64,000 bases of DNA from an uncultured virus (IMG/VR IMGVR_UViG_3300044645_001931) (lineage: Duplodnaviria > Heunggongvirae > Uroviricota > Caudoviricetes), in the IMG/VR virus record IMGVR_UViG_3300044645_001931; one strand, given 5' to 3'. Below, one piece after another: positions 33,993 to 44,511 of this stretch. Both the position numbers and the translations under genes were made by a program. The notes under the pieces were generated by a model that was not told the origin of the DNA, did not search any database, and was given only the letters and a program-made list of their open reading frames with translations. Within the stretch, counting starts at the first letter, position 1. Each line of letters starts with the position of its first letter.

Positions 33993-36900
33993 ATGGCCCT
34001 GTCTCCCGCCGACTTTGCCGCATACAGCCGTGCCACTGGGACCCCATACCCCGAAGATCCGGAAGAAAGGGCAGAGTTAGCGCCAGATGTCCTTGAATTC
34101 CGCCGTAATCAGCTTCGTGCGCCACAAGAGGAGTCAAATCTACCCGGCATCTTGGGCGCTGTAGCTGCAGGCTTAGGTGTTTTGGGCGCTGGTACGTATG
34201 GAGCTATGCAATTAGCTGGCCGTCGTTCTCCTCAAACAAAACAAACAGGGTTAGGTGTTAAGCAAGCTGATCTTTCTACTGTTGCTACCACTCCTCCACT
34301 GCGTGCAACTCCTTCCCCTTCAAAAGTTGCCATTACTCAACCGGAAGCTGCTGTTAAATCTTCAACGGTCGATCTTTCTAAATATACTGAAGTTCCTTTT
34401 TCCGATGTAACGGCTGCTTCTCGCGCACAACCAAGGACAGAAGAGTTTGATGTTCCACCTGCCGAAATAAACGCACAATCTTTTGCCAAAGCAGCAGTCG
34501 ATGATCTAGTTAATATTCAACAAAAAACTACATCTGCGATTGCAGAAAATGCACTTGACTCCCTGGAGAGCGGCTCGGATCAACTTGACTCCAAACTTGA
34601 ATCCGTAGTCCAACGTGACGTAGATTCCGTTCGCTATAGCAAGCCCATTGTCGCCGTTGAGAAATACACAGGAGCCGTAGAGGAACTAACGCCCCGTCAA
34701 GAACGCCTTATGGCGCAGATGGGTGCACTTGGTGCTCCAAGAGCTGACTTAAATCCTGACCAAAGTCCCGTGCTTCCAGCGAAAGCCATGGATCGCTTTA
34801 TGGCTCTGGATTTATCTGGTGGTGTACCAGAGCATCAACAAGCTGCTCTTGGTAATTTCTTGCGTCAACAAGAAGCTCGTAATACTCCTCTTTCAGGTTT
34901 TAATTTGTCTGGTGCACGTGGAGATCTTCCTGGTGTTTCTGCAATGTCTCCGCAAGAACGCAGGACATTCGGCAAACAAATTGGATTAGATCTTCGTCCA
35001 TCCAAGGCTCAAGAATCCGCTGGTTTCTTTGGTGCAGATGTTGACATGAGTGATTTTGAAGGCCCTGTTCAAGGGCCTGCCATGAAACCCTACGTATCAC
35101 CTCAACGTACTGAGCCCGTAACCATAACCAGCCTTGATCGCGCAGATCGGATTTCAGCAGCAGCTAACTTTACACCTGGTTCCTACGAACATCAACTACT
35201 GTTAAACCCAACAGTACCAACCGAAAAGATTCGCGGTTTACTTGGCAGTACCTTACGTGTTGATGCTGGACGTGTTGGCACCAACTTAACGCATGAAATT
35301 ACCCCTGGCGCCAGGGCAAGCATGACTGAGGTACCTGGATGGAAAGATGAACAGGCTGCTCGTCGTGCGCAGATGGGTCAAGAGGTTGTTTATGACGAAT
35401 ACGCAGGAGATACACCATACGTTCAAACAGTGTCTTGGGATGACTATGAAGGTGCTACAGATTTAGGTGAGGGTGAAGGCCCTGGTGGCTTGACGCTTAG
35501 CCGTACGTTTGATGAGCGCACTGGTAAGAGCCGCACCGATCTCCCTGGACAGTACCAACTTGCAGTTGGTGGTTCCCAGTCTCCGAGAGGCATTCGTCCA
35601 CTTAACCGCAGTAACGAAGAGCTTTACACGCGTCAAGAACGTATTGATCGTGTAATGCCCACACGTAGCACGGAAGAAGGCGATACTTCCCGTGGCTTTA
35701 GGATTGACGCGAATACAGGTCGGTTAGTTTTTGAAGGCGCTTCAGAACGTGATCCGATGGGTCGCTTGCGTCCTACCGATCCAACCATAATGATTGAAGG
35801 TGACTACGAAGATAAATTGGTCACCAAATTAGTTGGTGGTTACCAAGGTGTAACGGGTGAGCCAAGCAAAATGGTATCTATGCAGCCTACATCTGCTTAT
35901 TACGAAAAAGATGTAGTTGGAAAGGCTGACCCACGCATTGAAACAGGTTCAGACGGTAGGCTTTATGTACGTAGCAGTCAATCAACAATTACAGGCGAAG
36001 AGCCTTTGGTTGCTTTAGTTGGTAAACGCACGGCCAACCCTGATGGCACAAAAGGACCTTACGTATTCCTTGAAAAACAAGGCTTGCGTCAAGTTCAATT
36101 ACCCTTAAATATGCTTACCGAAATCATACAAGACGCAAAAGACTCTTATCTTAATAATCCTTCAACTAAAAAAGAATTCCTTGGGCGCCGCTATCCAGAG
36201 TTATTAGAGCAGGGAATGGCAGAAGGAAAATTATTGAGTGATATGGGTAGTGCCATTTCATACAATGATTTTCTTATTGAGTCATTAGATAAAGGCTTGC
36301 AAGCACGTGGCTATAAACTACCAGTTCTTCAACCAGCTAAAAAAGGTTACTACCCCAAAGCTGCTCATGAGTTTATTAGTCAGTATGGCCAAGTGACCAA
36401 AGAAAGCCCTGTTTTTGGCTATCCGGCCATGCTTGGGCCAAATGGAGGTATCCTTTATGAGAATACAAAGTATGGCAAGGTACCTAAAGTTGATAAGAGC
36501 AGTGAACCACGTCCCATACCTGGTCTTTTAGACGTACGTGGTACTGGCGGTGTAGACGCAATGTCTATTGCTGATGACTATGAAGGTGCTGTTGCTTTCC
36601 ACTCGCCGCGTATTCAAAGCGCTCCTCAAGTAGTACGGGATCGCCGCACTAATGAAGTTCTTACTGCCACACAATCCGCTCAAAGCGCCCAAGGTTTACT
36701 TTCCACTGGGGAAACCGTACCTCAATTATTACCTCTTTCGCGCCCTCAATTCACTAATTATCCAAATGTTGCTATGCGTACCGTTAGATTACCAGGCGGT
36801 GAAGGCACTTATGTAGCTACGGAATTCCTTCCTCCTACCTTATATGAAATTAAAGTTGATCCTGAAACCGGTAGGCGCTATCCAACAACTAACATTATTA

Positions 36901-37379
36901 GCCAAGAGCGTACTGTTGAGCGTGCTCCTCAAGTACCAAATCAATCAACGGCCGCTAGCCTTGGTACAACAGGCCAAAAATTTGTTGACTTGCGTCGTTC
37001 GATGGAAACAGCACGCACTGGTTATACGGCACCTTATATCAGCAATATTGGCGGCGGATTTATTGCAAACACAAAAAGACCTTTTAGCAGTAACGCTTTT
37101 TATGCAGATGGTCCTGTCGGAGGTACGTTACCTCTTGGGGGCTACGTTCAAACAGGCGAACCATATCTCACCCGTTTTGGTTACTTGAATCCAAACGAAC
37201 GTGGTGTGGGTGCTTCCCGTAATTTAAACCTGGAGATGGGTCCCCGAGCTGCGTCCGTAAGACCCACTCCTGGACCAGAGTCTTCCGGAGCTGGGAACAT
37301 CTCAACTTATGATATTAATCAAGTAATGAAACAAGCAATGGCACAGGCGGGACGCCGCCGTGGTTCACGGAAAGGTTGA
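33993..37379 (+). CDS. Large hypothetical protein (1128 aa), possibly internal virion/ejection protein
   Basis: First gene of the virion arm; N-terminal hydrophobic GA-rich helix; largely low-complexity. Confidence 0.75.
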   Translation: MALSPADFAAYSRATGTPYPEDPEERAELAPDVLEFRRNQLRAPQEESNLPGILGAVAAGLGVLGAGTYGAMQLAGRRSPQTKQTGLGVKQADLSTVATTPPLRATPSPSKVAITQPEAAVKSSTVDLSKYTEVPFSDVTAASRAQPRTEEFDVPPAEINAQSFAKAAVDDLVNIQQKTTSAIAENALDSLESGSDQLDSKLESVVQRDVDSVRYSKPIVAVEKYTGAVEELTPRQERLMAQMGALGAPRADLNPDQSPVLPAKAMDRFMALDLSGGVPEHQQAALGNFLRQQEARNTPLSGFNLSGARGDLPGVSAMSPQERRTFGKQIGLDLRPSKAQESAGFFGADVDMSDFEGPVQGPAMKPYVSPQRTEPVTITSLDRADRISAAANFTPGSYEHQLLLNPTVPTEKIRGLLGSTLRVDAGRVGTNLTHEITPGARASMTEVPGWKDEQAARRAQMGQEVVYDEYAGDTPYVQTVSWDDYEGATDLGEGEGPGGLTLSRTFDERTGKSRTDLPGQYQLAVGGSQSPRGIRPLNRSNEELYTRQERIDRVMPTRSTEEGDTSRGFRIDANTGRLVFEGASERDPMGRLRPTDPTIMIEGDYEDKLVTKLVGGYQGVTGEPSKMVSMQPTSAYYEKDVVGKADPRIETGSDGRLYVRSSQSTITGEEPLVALVGKRTANPDGTKGPYVFLEKQGLRQVQLPLNMLTEIIQDAKDSYLNNPSTKKEFLGRRYPELLEQGMAEGKLLSDMGSAISYNDFLIESLDKGLQARGYKLPVLQPAKKGYYPKAAHEFISQYGQVTKESPVFGYPAMLGPNGGILYENTKYGKVPKVDKSSEPRPIPGLLDVRGTGGVDAMSIADDYEGAVAFHSPRIQSAPQVVRDRRTNEVLTATQSAQSAQGLLSTGETVPQLLPLSRPQFTNYPNVAMRTVRLPGGEGTYVATEFLPPTLYEIKVDPETGRRYPTTNIISQERTVERAPQVPNQSTAASLGTTGQKFVDLRRSMETARTGYTAPYISNIGGGFIANTKRPFSSNAFYADGPVGGTLPLGGYVQTGEPYLTRFGYLNPNERGVGASRNLNLEMGPRAASVRPTPGPESSGAGNISTYDINQVMKQAMAQAGRRRGSRKG

Positions 37380-37381
37380 TC

Positions 37382-37597
37382 ATGGCTGAAAAGAAAAAGA
37401 AAGACAAGAAGTGGATTCAAGGCATGGAGATGAAGGAGGGTGCCTTCACTGCTAAAGCCAAACGCAAAGGCATTACCACTGCTCAACTGCAGGAAAATGT
37501 CCTTTCTAATCCAGATGATTACGATGACAAAACCGTTAAGCAAGCACGCTTGCGTCAAACGTTGGTAGGATTAAAAAAGAAAAAAGATAAGAAGTAA
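37382..37597 (+). CDS. Small basic protein
   Basis: KWIQG...GAFTAKAK...KQARLRQTL. Confidence 0.65.
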   Translation: MAEKKKKDKKWIQGMEMKEGAFTAKAKRKGITTAQLQENVLSNPDDYDDKTVKQARLRQTLVGLKKKKDKK

Positions 37598-38172
37598 TGG
37601 CAAAAGATCATCGCCTAGCACTAGATCGTTATATTGACTTCACCAAGGATCCTTTCCTGGTAAAGCGTAAAGTTGACTTTGATGATTCGTTTTCATCGAA
37701 GCCATCCACAGGTAAAGCACCATGGATGCCAAGCCGCTTTACAGAAGATGACCTATTGCGTCGTGTACAAACACGTAAATTACAACTGAATCCAGGCCTT
37801 AACTTCGTTGGTGATTCACCAGAAGAATATGAAGTGTTTGCCAATATTGGTCGCTTCACACGTAAAGAAGGTTACAACTTTGAAGAAGGCAGGCCCAATA
37901 CTGCGTTACGTCCAGAAGATCAGCCAGGGTTTTCTCCCATCTGGGTCGAAGCCTACCGCATTAGCCCAACCGTCAAGCCAGAAAAGCGTGCTTCCAACCC
38001 AATGCCACGTGTTAATAACCCAGATCCCAAGGGTTACATGATGGCAGCAGCAGAGCAACGTGCATTGAAAGAAGCAGAAGGTGATAAGTCTGTTGCTCAG
38101 TTAATATCAAGTAAACCGGAAGACAAAACTGAGGTGTTTAAACGTAATAATGAAGACGTTAAGAAGGCTTAA
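37597..38172 (+). CDS. Hypothetical protein
   Basis: 191 aa coupled ORF. Confidence 0.7.
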   Translation: MAKDHRLALDRYIDFTKDPFLVKRKVDFDDSFSSKPSTGKAPWMPSRFTEDDLLRRVQTRKLQLNPGLNFVGDSPEEYEVFANIGRFTRKEGYNFEEGRPNTALRPEDQPGFSPIWVEAYRISPTVKPEKRASNPMPRVNNPDPKGYMMAAAEQRALKEAEGDKSVAQLISSKPEDKTEVFKRNNEDVKKA

Positions 38173-38206
38173 ATCAGGCCATCTATAATAAAAGAAAAAC
38201 AATACC

Positions 38207-38755
38207 ATGGCGTCTGCGGCAGGTTTTGCACAACTATTAAAAGATGTCGCTAAACCGGCCCTTATGAGTGGCGGGCTTGCCACCGGACTGTCTTTACTTA
38301 GTGGTGCCACTCCCCTGCAAGCACTTGCTTCTGGTGCTGTAGACGTTGGAGCAGACGTTCTTGCTTTAGGTGGTTTGCGTGCGCTCCGGCCTAATGCGTA
38401 TAAACCTATTAGGACAAGAAATTTAGATACAGGAGAAGAAACAGTTGTACAAGGCACTCACCGCTTTGAGACGCCACTTAACATCGCTGCTTCTATTGGC
38501 GCTGGCTATGTAACCTCTCCACTTATCTATGGAACGGGACAACCACAGCAGATTGCACAACAAGTTGAACAACGTGCGTTAGTTAATCACCTGCAAACAC
38601 CTCAGCTTTTATCTGAAGGTACCAACTTCCAAATGGCTGGCTTACCAGATCCACAGGATTTCCAACAGTTGTTAAATCAACGTGGTGGTTGGCAGCAGTA
38701 CTTGAGTCCTGAAGATCAAGCGTTGATTCGGCAAACGCTAGGAGGTGCAGCGTGA
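38207..38755 (+). CDS. Putative virion protein (G/A-rich hydrophobic)
   Basis: ORF with TATAAT upstream. Confidence 0.7.
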   Translation: MASAAGFAQLLKDVAKPALMSGGLATGLSLLSGATPLQALASGAVDVGADVLALGGLRALRPNAYKPIRTRNLDTGEETVVQGTHRFETPLNIAASIGAGYVTSPLIYGTGQPQQIAQQVEQRALVNHLQTPQLLSEGTNFQMAGLPDPQDFQQLLNQRGGWQQYLSPEDQALIRQTLGGAA

Positions 38756-39717
38756 TGGGCTTTCAACAACTTCTCAATCAAGTAGGTGAGGTAAAGCAAA
38801 AGTTAGCTACAGGTGCAAGCAAAAGTGCTGAAGCCAGTCGGCTTGCATACCTTCAAGGGGAACGTAATCCAACGATCCTTAAAGAAGCACCTGGCATCAA
38901 AAACATCACTCGACAGCAGTACCATCAAAACTTAGAAAAATTAGGTGTTTCTTTTAAAGAGACACCTGTTGAGGCAACCGCTGCTTTTGCCACCCGTCTG
39001 ATGACGGACCTTACTAATGACGGCACACGTGGCATCTATTGGCGTTACAACCACCCACTAGCCATTCTTGAGGCAGGCGCCAAGACTGCCCTTGGAGAGA
39101 AAGCATACGAAGCCCTGGGGCCTACAAAAACAGGTCTTATCACCGCCAGTATTGCCGTCCCCGTTACAGCCGTTGCCGGTGCCTACAACATCTTGAATCC
39201 TGGTGAGATGTTCAGGCCAAAGGGTTTTGCCCAGGCTTATGCAGCGGAAGGATCAGAGGATCGCAGGGAAACAACGCAACCTGTTCCTGAACTGTTTGAG
39301 CGTTTCTTCCTTGGCCGTACTGGACGCCCCCTTGCTTACGAAGAAGCACAAAAAGATATTCCTTCCTTAACACCTGAACGTTACGGTAATTATCTACGTA
39401 ATTACTATCAGGACAAAGGATTTCTTGGCATTATTAAAGCAACACCTGAAAATCTTGAGGGGGTACCAGAGGCTCGCATGCTTGGTTATCCAATCACTAT
39501 CCCATCTGTTACTGCGGCTGTTGGTGGTATTGCCGGTGCTGCAACTGCGATACGTACTGCTCCCAAGTTGGGAGGTTCCTTCAGGCGTGGTTTAGGTGGT
39601 GCCGCGTTAGGTACGGGTGCCGGTCTTATTGCTGGTAATTTAGCTAATGCTGCACTTGCCGCAAAAGCAACCGAGCAAAAATTACCGACCGTTGGTCAGT
39701 ATGAAATAATGCAGTGA
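38752..39717 (+). CDS. Putative virion protein with glycine-zipper-like helices
   Basis: GLGGAALGTGAGLIAG. Confidence 0.7.
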   Translation: MMGFQQLLNQVGEVKQKLATGASKSAEASRLAYLQGERNPTILKEAPGIKNITRQQYHQNLEKLGVSFKETPVEATAAFATRLMTDLTNDGTRGIYWRYNHPLAILEAGAKTALGEKAYEALGPTKTGLITASIAVPVTAVAGAYNILNPGEMFRPKGFAQAYAAEGSEDRRETTQPVPELFERFFLGRTGRPLAYEEAQKDIPSLTPERYGNYLRNYYQDKGFLGIIKATPENLEGVPEARMLGYPITIPSVTAAVGGIAGAATAIRTAPKLGGSFRRGLGGAALGTGAGLIAGNLANAALAAKATEQKLPTVGQYEIMQ

Positions 39718-39751
39718 TAGAATTTATTCAATAGAGAACCTCATAAAAGTA

Positions 39752-40597
39752 ATGTTTGCGGATCCCTGGACCACACCATCAGTACCTCCTTCTAGTCCGT
39801 TACAGTTTGCTGGTGGCGCTCAACCAGCTCCTCCAGGGCGAGGTGCACAACTACTTGAACGCACCAAAGCAGGTGCAAAACAGGGTGCAGATGCCGCACA
39901 ACAATTTCTTGGACGTTACGGTAAATACGCTTTACCGGCCGGAGCTCTTGCTGTTGGTGTAATGCCAGCAGTTGGTGAGACTCTCCAAGAAATTGAAGCA
40001 GGCCGTCCCCTTGGTGCTTTAGGAGCGCTTGCACCTGCTGCTTTATCCGCAGGTGGTGCGGCCATGCTTGGTCGTACGGGACAGGCAATGATTGGTAAAG
40101 GCGGTGTTGTTGGTAGCGCTATCGGCCTGGGCCTTATGGGTCTGGGCGCCATTCTCCCTGGCATCACTTCATCGGCCGCTTCTTCGGCGTATCAATCAGC
40201 AACAGGCAAGCCCACTAAGGGTAAAGAGGGTGAGTTCAGCACCCAGATGGCGATCAATAAACAGCTTGCTGAACTTGGTACTACACAATACCGTGACAAC
40301 ATGGGTGTGTATACCAGTAGTCTTACAGATCTGAGCAAAGCATATTCCGATCAAGAATATCTCAACCTCCAACGTAATATTCCTTTAATCAACAAACTCA
40401 AGAACGCTGACCTGGTTCGGCAACAAGCGTTGATGAATACACAAAATCAAGGTTACATGCAGCAAGGCGTGTTAGCAACGGCCGGTTCCCTGGCTCTTGG
40501 TGCACAACAGAATGTTGCGCAGCTTACCAATACTGCACTGCAAACTAATCCGTACGCCGGCGCAATTATGCAGGCTCCTCAGATTCGTTTTGGGTGA
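39752..40597 (+). CDS. Putative virion/ejection protein
   Basis: Several GA-rich hydrophobic segments and a Gln-rich tail. Confidence 0.7.
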   Translation: MFADPWTTPSVPPSSPLQFAGGAQPAPPGRGAQLLERTKAGAKQGADAAQQFLGRYGKYALPAGALAVGVMPAVGETLQEIEAGRPLGALGALAPAALSAGGAAMLGRTGQAMIGKGGVVGSAIGLGLMGLGAILPGITSSAASSAYQSATGKPTKGKEGEFSTQMAINKQLAELGTTQYRDNMGVYTSSLTDLSKAYSDQEYLNLQRNIPLINKLKNADLVRQQALMNTQNQGYMQQGVLATAGSLALGAQQNVAQLTNTALQTNPYAGAIMQAPQIRFG

Positions 40598-40603
40598 TTA
40601 CCA

Positions 40604-41050
40604 ATGACTTCTTTCGCACAAGGACAGCCTTTTAGCAGTGGTCCAGTATGGGATCAAATGCGTTTTGGTAGTGAGCAAGGAGCTGCTATGCCAATCGCTG
40701 GCAGCTACATGGATCAATTACGCAGCTTTATGACATCAATTCCATCTGACATTTCTAAGGATGATCGCACTCTTTATGGTTTGTTAGGGGCTCAACATCT
40801 TGGCGCTGCTGAAACAGCAAAACAAAACAAAGAAACGATGCGTGAGTTTTTAACTTACCAACAACAGGCTTCTGAAAGAGCAAACGAAATGGGCATCAAG
40901 AACCAAATCATTGGTTCATTCCTTAACGCACCTCTTGCTCTTAATCTTAGCAATCGCAATAAGTACCTGCCTGAACAAATTGCAGCAGCAAATGCTACAA
41001 GACCAATTCCTTCTTATGGCTCAGCTAATTACTACGGCTTCGTCCGTTAA
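40604..41050 (+). CDS. Hypothetical protein
   Basis: 148 aa ORF. Confidence 0.65.
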   Translation: MTSFAQGQPFSSGPVWDQMRFGSEQGAAMPIAGSYMDQLRSFMTSIPSDISKDDRTLYGLLGAQHLGAAETAKQNKETMREFLTYQQQASERANEMGIKNQIIGSFLNAPLALNLSNRNKYLPEQIAAANATRPIPSYGSANYYGFVR

Positions 41051-41074
41051 AATAAACTTAGATAATAAAGTGCA

Positions 41075-41476
41075 ATGGCAGGTCCTTTAGGAGCATTAGG
41101 TGCAGCTGGCTTTTTAGGTGGCGGTGGAGGTGCTGCTGCAGGAGCTGGTGCGGGTATGGCTGCCTTAGGTCCCTGGATGCTGGGGGCAACTGCTTTACAG
41201 GGTGGCTTCCAAGCTATTGGCAGCGCCATGGAGCAGAAATCGGCAGATAAGGCAATTGAAGAAGCGAATAAAAATCTTATCCGTACAACTGGTATTCAAT
41301 CATGGATGCAAGATCGCGAGCAAGGAAAACAGATGGCTGCTTTGCGAGAAGGCTATGGTTTTATGAATAGCCCTGTCTTCCAGCAGGTTAAAGATAAAGA
41401 ATTTGGCCAGGAATACGCTTTGGCCGGTAAATACTTCAATCCATATGTGTTTGGTCAGATTGATAGACTTACCTAA
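41075..41476 (+). CDS. Putative DNA-pilot/ejection-like protein
   Basis: GA-rich hydrophobic N-terminus followed by a coiled coil. Confidence 0.6.
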   Translation: MAGPLGALGAAGFLGGGGGAAAGAGAGMAALGPWMLGATALQGGFQAIGSAMEQKSADKAIEEANKNLIRTTGIQSWMQDREQGKQMAALREGYGFMNSPVFQQVKDKEFGQEYALAGKYFNPYVFGQIDRLT

Positions 41477-41518
41477 ATCTTTTATCTTACAATAGGCTTA
41501 AGGTAATTTCTATCAGAT

Positions 41519-42073
41519 ATGGCTTTTGGTATTAAGCCAGGAGAAGCTCATCATACATCTGTTTCGATGTTTGAAGACTACCCTGCACAACTTGCACGTC
41601 TCTCTGGTAAAGAGCGTAAAGGCATCAAGAAAACTGCGCAGGCTCTTTTTGAGACCAGCCCCAGTGATGCAATTAGTTACTTAGCGGGACAAAGAGGCTA
41701 TACCAATTTTAGGCCAGACTTGCTAATGGGCAAGTTGATGTCTAAGCCGATTGATTACGATCGGTTTAAACTCACTGGTGCTAGTGCTTTCCAAGATCTT
41801 CTTGGACGTTCTATGTCTGATACCGAGTGGCAGCAGACTTCTGAACTGGCTAAAACTATGGGCATTAAAGACCCAAATGCGTTTGAAGCTTTTCTTTCTA
41901 AACGTATAGCATCTACTCCCGAAGGACAGGCTAAGATTAAAACAGAGTCTGATATTGCATGGGAGTCTCAGTACGGAACAATGCCGCGTGATGCACAAGG
42001 AAACTTAATGCGTGGCATGGTGCGCTATAACCCAGGACAAGTTAAAAGTATGGTCCAATCAATGATTGGTTGA
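41519..42073 (+). CDS. Hypothetical protein
   Basis: 184 aa ORF. Confidence 0.7.
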   Translation: MAFGIKPGEAHHTSVSMFEDYPAQLARLSGKERKGIKKTAQALFETSPSDAISYLAGQRGYTNFRPDLLMGKLMSKPIDYDRFKLTGASAFQDLLGRSMSDTEWQQTSELAKTMGIKDPNAFEAFLSKRIASTPEGQAKIKTESDIAWESQYGTMPRDAQGNLMRGMVRYNPGQVKSMVQSMIG

Positions 42074-42101
42074 TTGTACACTAAATAAAAACGTAATAGT
42101 C

Positions 42102-42851
42102 ATGTCTAAAAACAAAGGTGGCGGCGGCGGTGGCGGCAATAAACCTTCAGGAGGAGGTGGTGGTGGTGGCGGCAATAAACCTTCAGGAGGAGGTGGTGGT
42201 GGCGGCAATAAACCTTCCGGTGGTGGTGGTGGCGGCGGCGGACAGCCCTCAGGTGGAGGCGGTGGCGGCAATAAACCTTCCGGTGGTGGTGGCCAGTCTT
42301 CCGGTGGTGGAGTTAAAGTAGCTGGCGTCAATGTTGGCAAAGCATTTAACGCTGCAGATATTGCAGCGATTCAGGCCGCCAAACCTAATATTTCTGTTGC
42401 CGCTATTCAACAAAAAGCAAAAGCTGCTGATGTAAAGATCAAACCAGGTGCAACATCTGTATTTCGTGCAGAGGCACAGAAATTTGCGGATGCAGCTAAA
42501 GAAGAGGAGAAACAACGAACTCAAGGAATTCTAGAAGAACTAGGTGTGTTACCTGGGATAGGGGAAGGTGATGCTTTTCTTCCAGGGGAAGAGATTGTTC
42601 CCTTTGCTAATTTTGATCTTGCAAGGGAAGGTGCAAATTTAGAAATCCAACGCCAAATAGCAAGCCTCCGAGAGGCTGGTGCTACTGAACGTACAAAATA
42701 CGAAGTAGATAATCGTATTCCCTTGGTCCAAGCAGAGTCAAAAGGTAAGATTGATCTTCAAGCGATTGTAAACGCTGGCTATAAAAACATTGCCAACATT
42801 GAACGTGGCACTGAAATGGTTAGGAATATCACTAGCATGTTCAATTTCTAA
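42102..42851 (+). CDS. Protein with an N-terminal (NKPS-Gly5-8) repeat
   Basis: ORF containing a tandem Gly-rich repeat. Confidence 0.75.
   Translation: MSKNKGGGGGGGNKPSGGGGGGGGNKPSGGGGGGGNKPSGGGGGGGGQPSGGGGGGNKPSGGGGQSSGGGVKVAGVNVGKAFNAADIAAIQAAKPNISVAAIQQKAKAADVKIKPGATSVFRAEAQKFADAAKEEEKQRTQGILEELGVLPGIGEGDAFLPGEEIVPFANFDLAREGANLEIQRQIASLREAGATERTKYEVDNRIPLVQAESKGKIDLQAIVNAGYKNIANIERGTEMVRNITSMFNF
42111..42311 (+). repeat. Coding tandem repeat aataaaccttc(a/c)gg(ggn)n
   Basis: About six imperfect units. Confidence 0.85.
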
Positions 42852-42893
42852 ATTGAATATACTAAAATACTTGTAGAGTTATCTCTCGAATAG

Positions 42894-43169
42894 ATGTCTT
42901 ATTCTTCTACCAGCACCCCTGCCCGTAATACTCGGACCAAAGCTCAGCTCATGGCTGAAGGCATGTCTGACGCCGAAGCACAGGAGCTTGTAAACGCAAA
43001 TGCTTCTCGCCGGTACGGCGGCGGTATGTCGGCTGCGGAGCTGCAGGATTTTGAATCCCTCATCGGCCGTCTTGAAGGTTCCAAGATGCGTCAAGCGGCC
43101 CAAGGCAACCGTGCACGTCAACGTGATGTGTTCGCTGGTGGCCTTGCCAGCATGATGGGTAACTTCTAA
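42894..43169 (+). CDS. Hypothetical protein
   Basis: 91 aa ORF with TAAAAT upstream. Confidence 0.65.
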   Translation: MSYSSTSTPARNTRTKAQLMAEGMSDAEAQELVNANASRRYGGGMSAAELQDFESLIGRLEGSKMRQAAQGNRARQRDVFAGGLASMMGNF

Positions 43170-43170
43170 G

Positions 43171-43341
43171 ATGCAAGACTCTTCTGCCGATACTTCCGCA
43201 GAACTGGGTCGTTATCGCCAGGCGGCAGATGTTGCGTACAAATACGCCAAAAGCCGCCTTAACAAAGAGCAACCTTCAGATAAACTGAATAAAGAAGAAA
43301 CTGATGTCAAAGAAGACATCAAGGAAACGGAACGGTCATGA
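43171..43341 (+). CDS. Hypothetical protein (56 aa)
   Basis: MQDSSADTSAELGRYRQAADVAYKYAK..., filling the gap between coupled ORFs. Confidence 0.55.
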   Translation: MQDSSADTSAELGRYRQAADVAYKYAKSRLNKEQPSDKLNKEETDVKEDIKETERS

Positions 43342-43622
43342 ACGACGAAGATTTTTATTACGACGATGATAAGGATTTAAATTCTTATGATCTGTTGTTT
43401 GATGAGGACAAAGCGCGTAAAGCTGCGTCTGCCGTTAAAATCTTCCAAGACGTTTCCGTTGGTTCTTCCAAAGAGAAGATGAAGGAAGCTGGTGCACAAG
43501 AACGAGCCTCTATTGGAACATCAGGTGAAGAGCAAAGAAAGTCTGCAGCCCAAGCTCAGGAGTTTGGTGAAAGCGACGAGGCAAGGGACTACGCTCAGTC
43601 CCAAAGAGCATATCGATATTGA
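43338..43622 (+). CDS. Hypothetical acidic protein
   Basis: 94 aa ORF. Confidence 0.6.
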   Translation: MNDEDFYYDDDKDLNSYDLLFDEDKARKAASAVKIFQDVSVGSSKEKMKEAGAQERASIGTSGEEQRKSAAQAQEFGESDEARDYAQSQRAYRY

Positions 43623-44109
43623 GATCTTCGACCAGTGGGTCGATAATTTAGACGCACCAACGGAGCAAGCATATAGAGCATTCTGTTCGGAAAACTTCTC
43701 CGTAATCGAATGCTATCTATATGCTCGTTTCTTGCGTTATAACGGATGCATCACTGGCTGTGATCTCTGGCTCCAACACAACTATCCAAAGCCTGATCAC
43801 CGCAAGGTTTTGATCAATGAAATTGAAGCTATGCAGGAGGACATCCGCAAGCTTCGAGAAGACATTGATAATGGTGTTGTCAAGCGTGATTCTGGCGTTG
43901 CAAGGATCGCTAGCATGCAAAAAGAACTCCGTGGCACCATCGCCCAGATTGATCTGTTCACGGGCAACAAAGATCGCAAGGGCTTACTAATGGCTGGTGC
44001 TGACCGCGCCATACGTGAGTTACTGACCATCTTCAAAGATGACCCGATTGAAGTCCCACTGGAAGAAGCATCGATGAGTGTATGGTCTCACATGCAAATG
44101 GAAGAATAA
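43492..44109 (+). CDS. Hypothetical protein, candidate small terminase (start uncertain)
   Basis: Helical/coiled-coil protein shortly upstream of TerL. Confidence 0.45.
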   Translation: MHKNEPLLEHQVKSKESLQPKLRSLVKATRQGTTLSPKEHIDIEIFDQWVDNLDAPTEQAYRAFCSENFSVIECYLYARFLRYNGCITGCDLWLQHNYPKPDHRKVLINEIEAMQEDIRKLREDIDNGVVKRDSGVARIASMQKELRGTIAQIDLFTGNKDRKGLLMAGADRAIRELLTIFKDDPIEVPLEEASMSVWSHMQMEE

Positions 44110-44127
44110 ATAAATTAGACTAGACCT

Positions 44128-44325
44128 ATGCAAAAGCCACCTGCACAACCTCCTGTTTTCGGCGAAGATATTGCCGGACGTTTATTTGAAGTTGCTCGTC
44201 AACTCCAAAAAAATCGTGAGTCAGGAGCAGGTGTTCGTCGCCCAACTCCCCTTGCGCAGAATGTTGCACAGGGCCAAGATGTCATGAATGCATTAATGCA
44301 GAAGAAACAGAATGAGCAAAAATAA
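44128..44325 (+). CDS. Hypothetical protein
   Basis: 65 aa ORF. Confidence 0.55.
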   Translation: MQKPPAQPPVFGEDIAGRLFEVARQLQKNRESGAGVRRPTPLAQNVAQGQDVMNALMQKKQNEQK

Positions 44326-44476
44326 AATGCCGCCTGAACTCCTGGAGCACTTCAAGAAAAAAGAAGCCAAGAACGAAGACGGAAGTGAGATGTCGGATAA
44401 AGAGAAAAGAAAAGCAGCCCTAGATAAAGCCCGTAAATACCAAGCAAACAAAAGAAACAAAGACGATAACAAATAG
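44312..44476 (+). CDS. Small Lys-rich protein
   Basis: MSKNKMPPELLEHFKKK... Confidence 0.55.
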   Translation: MSKNKMPPELLEHFKKKEAKNEDGSEMSDKEKRKAALDKARKYQANKRNKDDNK

Positions 44477-44511
44477 GGTAGTATTCAGTAATACACTGAA
44501 CGATACCTACC

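Noticed and set aside
42059..42340. Poly-proline minus-strand ORF
   Set aside because: Mirror of the poly-Gly repeat.
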